Notes: generated by a model not told the origin, from the sequence alone. 64,000 nt of DNA from Cenarchaeum sp. (GCA_965242695.1 CBDESU010000001.1:1920001-1984000); one strand, 5' to 3'; shown: positions 20,737 to 31,236, counted from the stretch's first letter. Program-made: numbers and translations.

Positions 20737-22095
20737 ATGGCAGCCGAGACGCACTTCATCCAGACGATCATAGGCGTAGGCATACTGCTCTTCGCCGCAA
20801 AGCTCATGGCGGAGCTGTTCCTGCGGCTCAACCTCCCCATAGTCCTCGGCGAGCTCCTCGCCGGCATGATAATCGGCCCGTTCGCGCTCGGCTCGTTCCT
20901 CGTGTTCGACGGCGAGCACCTCCTCAAGATAGACAGCGAGCTGCGCGTGCTCGGCGAGATCGGCGCCATCGTGATCCTGTTCATGGCCGGCCTCGAGATG
21001 ACGCCAAAGGAGTTCCTGCGGGGCGGCAAGTCGTCGTTTACTGTAGGGACGCTCGGCGTGGTAGTACCGTTTTTTGCGGGGCTATGGGCATTCCAGGCGT
21101 TCGGGTTTGACGCCCTCCAGTCGATGCTCATAGCGACGGCCCTGACCGCGACGAGCATCGCCATCTCGATACAGGTCCTCAACGAGTTCGGCAAGATAAA
21201 GACGCCCGAGGCGCGCCTGATCATAGGGGCCGCCGTAGTCGACGACATACTCGCCATCGCGGTCCTCTCCGTCGTGACGTCGCTCGCCGGATCAGAGGGC
21301 GGCGCGGCCAACGTCGACATCATGGAGGTGACGTGGACCATACTGCAGGTGCTCGGATTCTTCGGCGCCATGCTTGTCGCGTCCGTCTTCCTCATACCGC
21401 GCCTCATCCACACGTCGCTGTGGCAGGCCAAGGGCAGCATAGAGGGGATCGTGACGGCGGCGTTCTTTGGCGCCGCCGCCCTGGCCGGCTCGATCGGCCT
21501 CTCGCCGATCGTCGGCGCGTTCGCCGTCGGCATGGCCCTGTCGACGACAAAGGTCTTCGACAAGGTCGAGCACTTTATCGAAAAGGTCGGGCTGATATTC
21601 GCCCCGCTGTTCTTTGCGATCATCGGCGCGCAGGTCGACTTCAGGGAGGTCAACCTCGAGATACTCATGCTCAGCGGCATCATAATCGTCATCGCCATAG
21701 TGACAAAGCTGTTCGGGTGCGGCCTGCCGGCATGGTTCTTCCTCAAGGACAAGGCCCGCGGCATGAGGGTCGGCATCGGCATGATCTCGCGCGGCGAGGT
21801 CGGGCTCATCGTCGCCGGCGTCGGCGTCTCGTCCGGCGCGCTGACGGGCAGCGTGTACTCTACGATTGTAATCATGGTCGCAGTCACGACGATCATCACC
21901 CCGATATGGCTCAAGATGGAGTACCGCAAGGAGATCAGGGCCGGCGGGGGCGCGCAGGCGGCCGGCGGGGGCGCGGGGGGCCCCGACAGGGGCGGCGGCG
22001 AGGACGTGATCAAGTCGCTCGGCGAGAAGGAGGGGTTCGTCTCGGCCCTTGACGCAGGCAAGGCGACCATGCAGGACGACGAGAAGGAGCGCTGA
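20737..22095 (+). CDS. Cation:proton antiporter (CPA2, NapA-like)
   Basis: GELLAGMIIGP, LFMAGLE, ATSIAI, AAVVDD, GMISRGEVGL. Confidence 0.94.
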   Translation: MAAETHFIQTIIGVGILLFAAKLMAELFLRLNLPIVLGELLAGMIIGPFALGSFLVFDGEHLLKIDSELRVLGEIGAIVILFMAGLEMTPKEFLRGGKSSFTVGTLGVVVPFFAGLWAFQAFGFDALQSMLIATALTATSIAISIQVLNEFGKIKTPEARLIIGAAVVDDILAIAVLSVVTSLAGSEGGAANVDIMEVTWTILQVLGFFGAMLVASVFLIPRLIHTSLWQAKGSIEGIVTAAFFGAAALAGSIGLSPIVGAFAVGMALSTTKVFDKVEHFIEKVGLIFAPLFFAIIGAQVDFREVNLEILMLSGIIIVIAIVTKLFGCGLPAWFFLKDKARGMRVGIGMISRGEVGLIVAGVGVSSGALTGSVYSTIVIMVAVTTIITPIWLKMEYRKEIRAGGGAQAAGGGAGGPDRGGGEDVIKSLGEKEGFVSALDAGKATMQDDEKER

Positions 22096-22253
22096 CGGCG
22101 CGGCCTGGGAGGCGCTGTGCCGGCGTTCGGCGCGGCCGCACAGGACGGCGAGAGGGAGACTGCCATGTCGGCTGCGCGCCGCGGGCGGCCCGAGTGCCCG
22201 CGCATTCCAAGGCAGCCGCGGCGGGGAGGGGCGTGGATGCCACACCCAGAGGC

Positions 22254-22405
22254 GTCGCCGGCCCCGTACTGGTGTCGGCAGGGACGCGACGGGCGGAGGT
22301 GGAGGTGGAGGCCGCCATGGCCGGTGTCGCCGGCCCCGTACTGGTGTCGGCAGGGACGCGACGGGCGGAGGTGGAGGCCGCCATGGCCGGTGTCGCCGGC
22401 CCCGT
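22254..22405. repeat. Tandem direct repeat, 72 bp + 66 bp + 14-bp partial
   Basis: GTCGCCGGCCCCGTACTGGTGTCGGCAGGGACGCGACGGGCGGAGG... at 22254 and 22326; units differ by one TGGAGG. Confidence 0.92.
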
Positions 22406-22761
22406 CCCGGCGGCGGCAGGGGCTGGAATGCGGCGCATGTGCAGCGGCCGGCACGCGCGATTCCGCATGAGCTCAGGTCCCCTACCTGTGTGACGCCTAG
22501 GCCGGCGTGGACCTGCCGGCATCTTGGCGGCGTACCGCATGGCATGCGTTCCGTCTAGGACGACAGGCAATGCCGGGCGATCGCCGAGTGGTTTGCATGA
22601 GGGCGGTGCAGGAGGGGCCGGATGCGGACACACTGCCGACGGACATGGGCTGGCGGCGCCGCACGGCGCCGGCCTGGGCGTCGTTCTGCGCCAGCATGAT
22701 GCTTGATGGCGGCTGTTTGGCAGCGGAAACGACGGCTAGGAATGGGCGTTTGGCGGATCGG

Positions 22762-25380
22762 TCAAACCCCAGTCGGGGACGGGTCGTGGACCCCCGTCCC
22801 CTGGTACTGCGGCAGGTCTAGCCGAGTCGTCTTGGCGCCATGAACCCGGACTTCCGGGTCATCGGACTTGCAGGGGGGCGGTACGGACGGCTTGATCGGC
22901 ACATGCCAGTTGCCAGGCCTTCGCCTTCGCCTCTGCGGGGTGCCGCATCGCCGCATGCTCGGCGGTGGAGGCTTCGGAGGGTGCCGCAGCCTGGCGGGTG
23001 CAGGACGCGGCGCACGCAGCAATCGCGGCATCGACCGGCGGCTGTCGGCGCGGAGGCGGATCGATGGAGCTGCCTGGGACGGAGCGGCCCTGCTCCAGTG
23101 GGCTTGCGATGCCGTTCGTGGCATTACTCGAGGGGCTTGCGGGGACTGCCGGGCATGCAGGGCGATTGCAACGGCCACGGCCTCTTGGATCCTCGCATCC
23201 GCGGCCGCGGCCTCCACGGCCCTGGCCGCCTCCGCGGCCGCCCTGATGCTCGCATCCGCGGCCGCGGCCTCCACGGCCCTGGCCGCCTCCGCGGCCGCCC
23301 TGATGCTCGCCTCCGCGGCCGCCCTGATGCTCGCATCCGCGGCCGCGGCCTCCACGGCCCTGGCCGCCTCCGCGGCCGCCCTGATGCTCGCATCCGCGGC
23401 CGCGGCCTCCACGGCCCTGGCCGCCTCCGCGGCCGCCCTGATGCTCGCATCCGCGGCCGCGGCCTCCACGGCCCTGGCCGCCTCCGCGGCCGCCCTGATG
23501 CTCGCATCCGCGGCCGCGGCCTCCACGGCCCTGGCCGCCTCCGCGGCCGCCCTGATGCTCGCATCCGCGGCCGCGGCATCCGCGGCCGCCCCTTTACCCC
23601 CGCTGCCGCCGCCCGCCCGGGCCGCCGCGATGCACTCGGGCGGCATCGGGCCGTCGAGGGGGCCCCTCCCAGGCCTTGCTGGCTTCCCGGCGCCACCCCA
23701 CCGGTTCGGCGCGACCTGCCCGACCTTGAATATGTCGGCCGGGTCGGCGCCGCGGGCGAGCGCGACGAACGCCTCGTCGAGCGGAATGCCCTGCTTGTCG
23801 CACGTGAGTATGAACGAGAGTATGACCGAGAACACCCTTGCCCCCTCGACGGTGCGGAGCTGGTAGCGCACGTTGCGCTGCGCGACGGGCACGCGCCGCA
23901 CGTCGCTCTCGCCGGGGTTGTTCGTCGGCGGCATGTCCTTGAACATCAGGAACGTGACCAAGTTCTTGGCCGCGTTCTCTATCTCGACGCGCGACGGGTG
24001 GCCCTTTGGCAGGCGCCCCGCTATGGCCAGCGCCCTCTGGACTATGGAGTCGCGCTCCTCCTCGGGCGCCGTGTCCATCCCGCTTACGCGCTCGTACAGG
24101 GAGCAGAACTCGTGGTACGCCAACCTGACGGCGGGATCGTCGCTCACGATGGCGGCCTTCTTGAAGTTGTTGATGACATGGCGCCAGCACCGCTGGATCT
24201 CGCCGAGGATGATCTCGTACACCTTGTAGCCGTCGACGACGCCTGCCAGCTGGCGCGCGAACGCAAACTCCTCGTCGAATATGCCCTTGCCGCGCGAGGG
24301 GCGCGCCACGACCATGGCCGCGCACGCCACCGTGAGCAGCCACAGGTAGCCCTGCCTGCCGAACATGCGCATCGTCGTCTCGTCAAAGTGGCCCCATCCC
24401 GTGGACGTGAGCAGCCTTTCAAGGTGCTTCATGAACGGCTCGAGGATGCGCGCGGCCGCCCTGCGCCCGTTCCACAGCGCCGAGGCGCACGCCGACGTCC
24501 CGAGCAGGCTCTCCAGGTAGCGCGACAGCTTGCGGTCCGTCGCGGCAAGCGCGTACAGGACGAGCATCTTTGAGAGCATGACGGGGCCGAACCAGGTGCC
24601 CTTCAGGTCCGGCGCGTCCGGCGCGCGCGACCACTCGTGGCACTTTGAGCACCACAACCTGCAGACGATCAGCTGCCACACGTGGACGCGCCCGTCGTCC
24701 TCGCCGATCTCGACGAACGTCTTCGACTCGGGCTGCTTGGCCTGGTGGGCGTACGTGGCGCGGCCGCAGTGCAGGCACTCGAAGATGGGGTAGCGGACGA
24801 CCTTTTCGGGCTTTAGGCGGTGCGAGGCGCCGGGGTGGCCCATGGGAGGGCCCAGCGCCGCATCGGGCCTGGGGCGCCCGCACGACTCTGCCTGCTCCCT
24901 GTCGAACGCCTTGGCCAGCGGGTTGTACAGGGACGGCATGCCGCGCCGGCTGTTGGGCGTCTCGTAGTACTCGAGCCTCTTCTTGAGCTTGCGCACCAGC
25001 GCCTCCAGCTCGGCCAGCTTGGCAAGGTCCTTGGGGTTGTGGTTGCCCTTTATGGCGTCGATCTGCCACTTGATCGCGTCGAGATCCCGCGACATGTCGT
25101 CTGCCGTGCGCAGGTGCTCGGCGCCGGCCTTCGAGATCTCGACGGCCATCTCCATGAACCTGCCTGCATCTTCCGTCCTGGCAATGTCCGCCCGGACCTT
25201 GTAGTCCTCAAACTCTGCCTTGAGCCTGTGGACCAGGCGGATCAGACTTGCGATCTCGGCGCGCAGCAGGGCCTTTTCCCTCCCATGCGCATCCGGCTCG
25301 AGCCGTATCCGGGTGACGGCAGGGCAGCAGGCGCACATGACGTCTATGCTCCTCCCGCCGTCCTTGTCGACATGTGGCAC
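22762..25380 (-). CDS. IS66-family DDE transposase with Ala-rich repeat C-terminal extension
   Basis: Coiled coil, GHPG, CLHC...CSKC zinc finger, HFDET, WL, VDGYKVY, QRCWRH, PTNNPGESDVR; start uncertain (GTG 25380). Confidence 0.9.
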   Translation of the reverse strand: MPHVDKDGGRSIDVMCACCPAVTRIRLEPDAHGREKALLRAEIASLIRLVHRLKAEFEDYKVRADIARTEDAGRFMEMAVEISKAGAEHLRTADDMSRDLDAIKWQIDAIKGNHNPKDLAKLAELEALVRKLKKRLEYYETPNSRRGMPSLYNPLAKAFDREQAESCGRPRPDAALGPPMGHPGASHRLKPEKVVRYPIFECLHCGRATYAHQAKQPESKTFVEIGEDDGRVHVWQLIVCRLWCSKCHEWSRAPDAPDLKGTWFGPVMLSKMLVLYALAATDRKLSRYLESLLGTSACASALWNGRRAAARILEPFMKHLERLLTSTGWGHFDETTMRMFGRQGYLWLLTVACAAMVVARPSRGKGIFDEEFAFARQLAGVVDGYKVYEIILGEIQRCWRHVINNFKKAAIVSDDPAVRLAYHEFCSLYERVSGMDTAPEEERDSIVQRALAIAGRLPKGHPSRVEIENAAKNLVTFLMFKDMPPTNNPGESDVRRVPVAQRNVRYQLRTVEGARVFSVILSFILTCDKQGIPLDEAFVALARGADPADIFKVGQVAPNRWGGAGKPARPGRGPLDGPMPPECIAAARAGGGSGGKGAAADAAAADASIRAAAEAARAVEAAAADASIRAAAEAARAVEAAAADASIRAAAEAARAVEAAAADASIRAAAEAARAVEAAAADASIRAAAEASIRAAAEAARAVEAAAADASIRAAAEAARAVEAAAADARIQEAVAVAIALHARQSPQAPRVMPRTASQAHWSRAAPSQAAPSIRLRADSRRSMPRLLRAPRPAPARLRHPPKPPPPSMRRCGTPQRRRRRPGNWHVPIKPSVPPPCKSDDPEVRVHGAKTTRLDLPQYQGTGVHDPSPTGV
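23193..23590. repeat. 57-bp coding tandem repeat (ADASIRAAAEAARAVEAAA), about 6 copies plus a short variant
   Basis: Read directly in DNA and protein. Confidence 0.95.
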
Positions 25381-25783
25381 GCCCGCCTCTCTCCCCCTCT
25401 CGACCCGTCCGGCCGCGCTCCGCTTATCATCTGCCGTGTAAACAATTCTTAACAATCTTGTAAAAAACCTGTGACTTGCCTTCCCGGGAGGCGCCGCCGA
25501 GGGCGGCCGCGCGCGGCCACATGGCCGCCGCCGTGCGCGGCTCCTGCCGGCAGCAGCGGCAGCAGGCTCAAGAACGCCGGCTCGGGGGCCGCGCGGCCAC
25601 ATGGCCGCCGTCACGCGGCCTCAAGATGCCGGCGGAACGGGCCATGCCCTGGCATGCGCACTAGGCAGAGGGGCGGCGGCACGCCTAGGGAGGGGCATGC
25701 GGATGGGGGGGACCTGAGCTCATGCGCGATTCCTAGCGCGCCAGGCGGGAACGGTTAAAATACTACCGCGGGATTTGTAGGGC

Positions 25784-26032
25784 GTGGAGACAGTATACGT
25801 CCTGATCCAGTGCGACATGGGCAGGGAGACGGAGATCATATCGCAGCTGGCGTCCATACCAGAGGTGCGCGAGGTGCGCGGCACGTACGGCATCTACGAC
25901 ATCTTCTGCAAGGTGCAGGCCGACTCGCGCGAGGCCCTGGACTCGGTCATCACGAACAGGGTGCGCCGGATAGCCCGCATGCGCTCCACCATTACCCTCC
26001 ACTGGATACCTTCGCAGGGTGGCCGGGGATGA
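25784..26032 (+). CDS. Lrp/AsnC ligand-binding-domain protein
   Basis: YVLIQC...TYGIYDIFCKV...STITL stand-alone RAM domain. Confidence 0.9.
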   Translation: METVYVLIQCDMGRETEIISQLASIPEVREVRGTYGIYDIFCKVQADSREALDSVITNRVRRIARMRSTITLHWIPSQGGRG

Positions 26033-26349
26033 TCGAGAGGCAGTTCGACCCGACGCTGCTCTACAACAGGATAGTCCACTTTTACGTCGACAAGCACGGC
26101 TATTCGAAGGAGGCGGCCAACGCGATAGCGCAGAAGGTCATACGCAGGGAGGCCGACCGGCGGACGTGCAAGAACATACGGTGCCGCCACTCGATGGACG
26201 ACCACATCAGGAACGCCGAGACGTGCCTGGTACTGGAGTGCGAGTGCAGGCGGTTCGAGCGCGGCGCGGGTGGCAGGGCCGCCGCGCAACCCAGGCGCCC
26301 GGCCCCGGGGCCCGCCGCGGCGGCCGTTGCCGCGGCCGCGGCCGCCTAG
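26029..26349 (+). CDS. Hypothetical Cys/His-rich protein
   Basis: ATGA overlap with the Lrp stop; CKNIRCRHSMDDH...CLVLECEC. Confidence 0.8.
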   Translation: MIERQFDPTLLYNRIVHFYVDKHGYSKEAANAIAQKVIRREADRRTCKNIRCRHSMDDHIRNAETCLVLECECRRFERGAGGRAAAQPRRPAPGPAAAAVAAAAAA

Positions 26350-26380
26350 CCACCCCCCGCCCCGCCGCAAGGCAGCCTGC

Positions 26381-27343
26381 CTACGGGACGCCTGCGCCGC
26401 CCGCCCGCAGCGGCCTTGCGTCGAACCCCCGCGCCCGCAGGTGCGCGGCAAACTCGTCGACGAACCCGTGGACCGTGTACACGGACTCGGCGCCGGCCGC
26501 CTCGGCCAGCCCGACCAGCTCGCCAAAGTCGCAGTGGTCGCTGAGCGGTACGGCCATGTCGCACCTGCGGCCGTGCGGGAACCCAGACCCCGCCCACCCC
26601 GTAAACCCGACCGTCACGGCGCCGTACCGCGCCTTCATGTCGACGACGAACTTTGACGAGGCAGGCATCATCGGGGCGACCATCACCCACGGGCCGCGCG
26701 CCAGCCTGCCGGCTGCCTCCGCCTCGGAGTGGCCCGGCGCGTCGGGGAGCGGCACGCCGAGGGATCGGTGCACGTCGTTCATCGCCTTGACCGAGTCGTG
26801 GTAGTACAGCGGATCCCAGTGCCCGAACATCTCGCTGAGCGTCTGCGCCTTGCCCAGCTGGTACCCCATCAGTATGACGGGCCGGCCGCGCGCGTACATG
26901 TCCGATATGATCGCGTTCGTCCTGGATCGGAGATCCCCGACGGGCGGGAACGAGAACCGCGGCAGCCCGAACGTGCACTCCATTACGAGCGTGCGGCAGC
27001 GGGGCACGCGCGCCCCCGCCAGAAAGCCGCGCCGCCGCGTGCAAATGTCCCCCGTGTAGAACAGCTCGCCTCCGTCGACGAGCAGGCCCCTTGCCCCCAG
27101 GACGTGGCCGGCATCGACTAGCTCCAGCCCGGCCCCGTCCTCTACGAGGTGGTCCATGCGGAGGCCCCGGTGCCGGGCTATCGCCCCGGTCTCGCGGGAT
27201 GCGAGTATGATGCCGCCGTTGCGCCGCGGGAGGTGGTCCGAGTGCGCATGCGAGACAAAGTTGACGGCGCCCGGTCCGGCCGCCTTTGGATCCATGTCTA
27301 TGCGCCGGCCGGCGCTCGTGCACGAGATTCCGTTCCCGGTCAT
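26381..27343 (-). CDS. MBL-fold beta-CASP-like exonuclease
   Basis: SHAHSDH, AGHVLG, YTGD, ECTFG, GKAQ, LSDHCDF, VHG. Confidence 0.9.
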   Translation of the reverse strand: MTGNGISCTSAGRRIDMDPKAAGPGAVNFVSHAHSDHLPRRNGGIILASRETGAIARHRGLRMDHLVEDGAGLELVDAGHVLGARGLLVDGGELFYTGDICTRRRGFLAGARVPRCRTLVMECTFGLPRFSFPPVGDLRSRTNAIISDMYARGRPVILMGYQLGKAQTLSEMFGHWDPLYYHDSVKAMNDVHRSLGVPLPDAPGHSEAEAAGRLARGPWVMVAPMMPASSKFVVDMKARYGAVTVGFTGWAGSGFPHGRRCDMAVPLSDHCDFGELVGLAEAAGAESVYTVHGFVDEFAAHLRARGFDARPLRAGGAGVP

Positions 27344-27421
27344 TGCCACGGTGCAACGGCCCAACGGCCGGCGGCTGACCCGGATTTGATATAAATTGCA
27401 CGATTGAATCGGCGTTGACCG

Positions 27422-28075
27422 TTGCTCAACGTCGGAGTGCTCGTCTCGGGCAGGGGCTCGAACATGGTCGCCATAGCAAGGGCCCTGAAGAGGCCGGGCG
27501 CGCCGGCTAGGTGCGCCGTCGTCGTCTCTGACAGGCCGGGCGCGCCTGGGCTTGCCGCCGCCGAGCGCCTCGGCGTGCCGGCGGTCGCCGTCGACGCCTC
27601 GCCGTACAGGGGCGCCGACAGGTGGGAGCACGACAGGAGGGTGGCCGCGGTCCTGCGCAGGCACGGCGTCACCGGCAGGGGCGGGCTGGTGTGCCTTGCG
27701 GGGTACATGAGGATCGTCAGCCCGCGGTTCGTCCGCCGGTACAGGAACCGCATCATGAACATACACCCCGCCCTCCTGCCGGCGTTCCCCGGCCTTGACG
27801 CGCAGGGGCAGGCCGTCAGGTACGGCGCAAGGGTGTCTGGGTGCACGGTCCACTTTGTAGACGACGGCGTCGACACGGGCCCCGTCATACTGCAGTCTGC
27901 CGTGGCCGTCAGGGACGGCGACACGCGCGAGTCGCTTGCGGCGCGGATACTCAGGGCCGAGCACCGCGCGTACCCGAGGGCCGTAGAGATGTTCGCAAGG
28001 GGCATGCTGCGCGTGTCTGGCAAGAGGGTCGTCGTGTCAGGGAGCAGGGCAGGGTGGAAGGGGCAGGGCCGATAG
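27422..28075 (+). CDS. purN: Phosphoribosylglycinamide formyltransferase
   Basis: SGRGSN, LAGYMRI, NIHPALLPAFPG, GCTVHFVD..VDTGP. Confidence 0.97.
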   Translation: MLNVGVLVSGRGSNMVAIARALKRPGAPARCAVVVSDRPGAPGLAAAERLGVPAVAVDASPYRGADRWEHDRRVAAVLRRHGVTGRGGLVCLAGYMRIVSPRFVRRYRNRIMNIHPALLPAFPGLDAQGQAVRYGARVSGCTVHFVDDGVDTGPVILQSAVAVRDGDTRESLAARILRAEHRAYPRAVEMFARGMLRVSGKRVVVSGSRAGWKGQGR

Positions 28076-28368
28076 TGCCGCGGGCTGGGCGACGGCGGCG
28101 CCGGATCTTCCCGCACAAGCGGCGTGGCCCCTGCTGGTGACTGAACTTTTTTGTAGAAGTTTACCAATGGAAGCCGCGCCTTATAGTGCGCTCGACTCCG
28201 ACACGGAAGATGCACGACCTATCCCAGCTCGGAGACTAGGCGCATACTTGGACCCGTCTACATATCGTCATGCTCGGGATGGTCCCTCGACTAGTTCTAG
28301 AGCTATGTAAACACAACTTATAATAAACCTATGGATTAAGCAACAAAAAAATTAATTAAGTGTCATTT

Positions 28369-31236
28369 TCAAATTTTAGTACTTGCGATGTTATTGAAAC
28401 ACTTCTTGCATAAAAATTGTGGCGTATCTATACCATTTATATTTTGAAATCCAAACACATCTTCAATTTCTTGTCGTGAAGCGGCAACAACATCACAACG
28501 CCGACATTTTGTATATACACGTGCACTAATATTTGATGTAACATGTTTGTCAATTATAGTTCGGACATCCGAAGGGTGAAACGCAACATCCCAAACCCAT
28601 GTACCATAATTACCATTATCATTAACAGCTGCTACCCAATCATCAAGGGAACGGCGTTTTTGTTTATTTTGATCATCATCCTTACCTTTTACCTCCAACA
28701 CCAGATTAACACTGTTTTGTAGACGAATTAAAAAGTCTGGATAATAATCGTGAAGAACGCCTCGATATCGATATTGGATAGAGAATCCAATTTTAGAGTT
28801 CTTAGCCCACGAGACCACCCTCTCATTCTGGTCAAGCTCCCTACCAGTCGCCATCTCCCATGTTGAGTCATAGACGGCTAAGTTAATGTGAGACTTTACA
28901 GTGCGCTCAGTCGGCTTCTTGGTGTACCATGGGCGCATGTCGGATGTAGATGCAATTGGCTTACTTCGGCTTAATACAATCTTACGTACATCAGTGTTTT
29001 CACTTCTAATGAATTTGCATATATGAGACACTACTTTATTCATATTAAATAAAATAGTCATTTTAACACGAAGGTCGTCATTCTGCACATCCGTAACATA
29101 TATGTAATTCGAATTTATAAATCCTTCTACAATTTTTACAACTTGGGCAAAAAGGCTCGACGGAGATCCATGCCAGCCAGATGAGATCTCATCATAAGCC
29201 TCGGCGGCGGCCCGAAATACTATCTGTTGAAGCCGTATTTTTTTATCTATTTCACGTAGGTCGATGTTAGACATCTTGCTTAAATCAGGCTTTCCAGATA
29301 TAACTTCTGCCAACCCTACTGCAGTAGCTACGCCTTCGCTTTTAAGATCAAGTTGTTCAACGGATTTCCAGTCAATCGATAGGTTAGATGTAAACGATGT
29401 GTGAATTTGCACTATGTTTGGCCATGAAATTCTATGTTTGATTTTCACAGGATCAGGCTCTATCAGAGTAGTCGGTGGCGGAGGCGGCGGCTGACCTTCG
29501 CCATCTTCATGAGGAAGAAAAGTAAATGGAACACCGAATACATTGACATATTCGGGCTCAAACAAGTTTGTGTCGGAGTTTATTTCATATGATGTTCGAC
29601 GTAGCCCCCTCCCAACTACTTGTTCACATAGGAGCTGGCTAGTAAAAGCTCGCAATCCCATTATGTGAGTTACATTCCTGGCATCCCAACCTTCTGAGAG
29701 CATCTGGACTGCCACTACGTTTCGAATTTGTGCGCCCGGTTGTCCATTTTTACCGACAGTACCCGCAATATCTCTCAAAGAATAACCGTTCTGTTTTCCA
29801 GCACCTGTTTTTATACTGCCAGATTCCTCTTTTTCGATCTGTGCAGAATCTATGTGTAATAAATGATCGGGGTCACATAGATCCGTAATTTCAAACCTTC
29901 TTTTTTCAAATAAGTGTGCTACGCGTGCAGCAGTTTCGGTTCTGTTGCAAACGGTTATCATAACAGGAGGTATCAACGATCCACGCTTTTCCCATGTTTT
30001 AAACGCTTCTAGCCAATCACGTCCTAATAACAAGTACGCATTATGAACCAATTCTGGTAACGGTACATGGGGTTTTACTTTTTTGTTAAGATCTTGTTTT
30101 ACTTCATCATCCATGTATATATGGTAAAATCTAGACCGGTAGTCACTACTAAACTGACCTGAATCATCTCGAATGGCTATTCGGGGTGTTTTTGTAAGAC
30201 CGGACTCTATAGCATCGTTGAGTGAAAAATCTGATACAATCCACTTGAACAGTGTCTCTTCCGTCACGTTTTTTCCGGATGGTATAAATGGCGTAGCAGA
30301 GAAGTCAAAACAGTGTATTATTTTTCTTGCAGTGTTAATTTTATCAAGACCATCCATCCAACGCTTGTCCTTCTCTAACGTAGATTTTGAGATTTTTTTG
30401 GCCTGATCGGTAGTTGCTCTGTATGCATGATGTGCTTCGTCATTTATGACTACAATGTTATTAGACATATGATCGAGTATTCTACGGGAAAATATTTCGT
30501 TACTTTCATTGCCTCGCTTTATGACACTTTTAGGCGAATCTACATCAGGCATAAACGTGTGCCAGTTGTGTATACTAATTTTGCCCACATATAGTTTTTG
30601 ACGTAGTGAATTGGGAACTATGTCAAACAAGTCATAAAAATTGCCCTCACTTGTTGGACGCAATACTTGAAGTCTTGATTTAACTGTAAGACCAGGCGCT
30701 ACGATAAGAATATGCTTAGAAAACCTTGTGTCATTAGGGTATGTGGTTTTATTGATTACTTGCCAAGCAATTAACATAGCCATCACAACCGTTTTGCCTG
30801 TACCGGTAGCCATTTTGCAACACATACGCTCAAACGTTCCTCCATCCAACGGAATTTTAACCCCGCGTTTTTTTGCATCAGGTGCTTCCACCAGCCAAAT
30901 AAGCGTCTCTATGGATTCTAATTGACAAAAGAAGAGTTGATTTTCTCTAGCATTCTCATCATGCCAAAAATTTAATAGTTGTCTTGTCATGTCAGTAACA
31001 TATGGATAACCAGATGCTCTCCACGCATCGACTTTTTCACGTATCAGGTTGACCAGATCAAGCTCTATGAACTCACCAGGATCGTCAAATGACTTGCTAC
31101 TTTGTGACGCTTTCAAGAAGCCGGCAGGTCGCCTTCCAGTGACTTTCTTAAATTTTTGCTGGGAACGATCATACCGCCAGTAGTGCGTCGGCATTTTGTA
31201 GGGATTACAAATTATGAGATTTTTTATTTTAAGCAT
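28369..31236 (-). CDS. res: Type III restriction enzyme Res subunit (SF2 helicase plus PD-(D/E)xK nuclease)
   Basis: KMATGTGKT, DEAHH, SAT, LSEGWD, EQVVGRGLR, YYPDF...LEVKG; ATG overlaps the mod stop. Confidence 0.95.
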   Translation of the reverse strand: MLKIKNLIICNPYKMPTHYWRYDRSQQKFKKVTGRRPAGFLKASQSSKSFDDPGEFIELDLVNLIREKVDAWRASGYPYVTDMTRQLLNFWHDENARENQLFFCQLESIETLIWLVEAPDAKKRGVKIPLDGGTFERMCCKMATGTGKTVVMAMLIAWQVINKTTYPNDTRFSKHILIVAPGLTVKSRLQVLRPTSEGNFYDLFDIVPNSLRQKLYVGKISIHNWHTFMPDVDSPKSVIKRGNESNEIFSRRILDHMSNNIVVINDEAHHAYRATTDQAKKISKSTLEKDKRWMDGLDKINTARKIIHCFDFSATPFIPSGKNVTEETLFKWIVSDFSLNDAIESGLTKTPRIAIRDDSGQFSSDYRSRFYHIYMDDEVKQDLNKKVKPHVPLPELVHNAYLLLGRDWLEAFKTWEKRGSLIPPVMITVCNRTETAARVAHLFEKRRFEITDLCDPDHLLHIDSAQIEKEESGSIKTGAGKQNGYSLRDIAGTVGKNGQPGAQIRNVVAVQMLSEGWDARNVTHIMGLRAFTSQLLCEQVVGRGLRRTSYEINSDTNLFEPEYVNVFGVPFTFLPHEDGEGQPPPPPPTTLIEPDPVKIKHRISWPNIVQIHTSFTSNLSIDWKSVEQLDLKSEGVATAVGLAEVISGKPDLSKMSNIDLREIDKKIRLQQIVFRAAAEAYDEISSGWHGSPSSLFAQVVKIVEGFINSNYIYVTDVQNDDLRVKMTILFNMNKVVSHICKFIRSENTDVRKIVLSRSKPIASTSDMRPWYTKKPTERTVKSHINLAVYDSTWEMATGRELDQNERVVSWAKNSKIGFSIQYRYRGVLHDYYPDFLIRLQNSVNLVLEVKGKDDDQNKQKRRSLDDWVAAVNDNGNYGTWVWDVAFHPSDVRTIIDKHVTSNISARVYTKCRRCDVVAASRQEIEDVFGFQNINGIDTPQFLCKKCFNNIASTKI

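Larger units (their letters stand above)
22465..25725 (-). mobile_element. Complete IS66-family insertion sequence (single-ORF, ISBst12-like organisation), 3261 bp
   Basis: Perfect 18-bp TIR GCATGAGCTCAGGTCCCC (22465-22482) and its complement (25708-25725); 8-bp TSD GCGATTCC at 22457-22464 and 25726-25733. Confidence 0.93.

Noticed and set aside
28290-28303. ACTAGTTCTAGAGC (and TCTAGAGCGGCCG at about 3438) resembling a cloning polylinker
   Set aside because: Only 13-14 nt, with no vector sequence on either side; treated as chance
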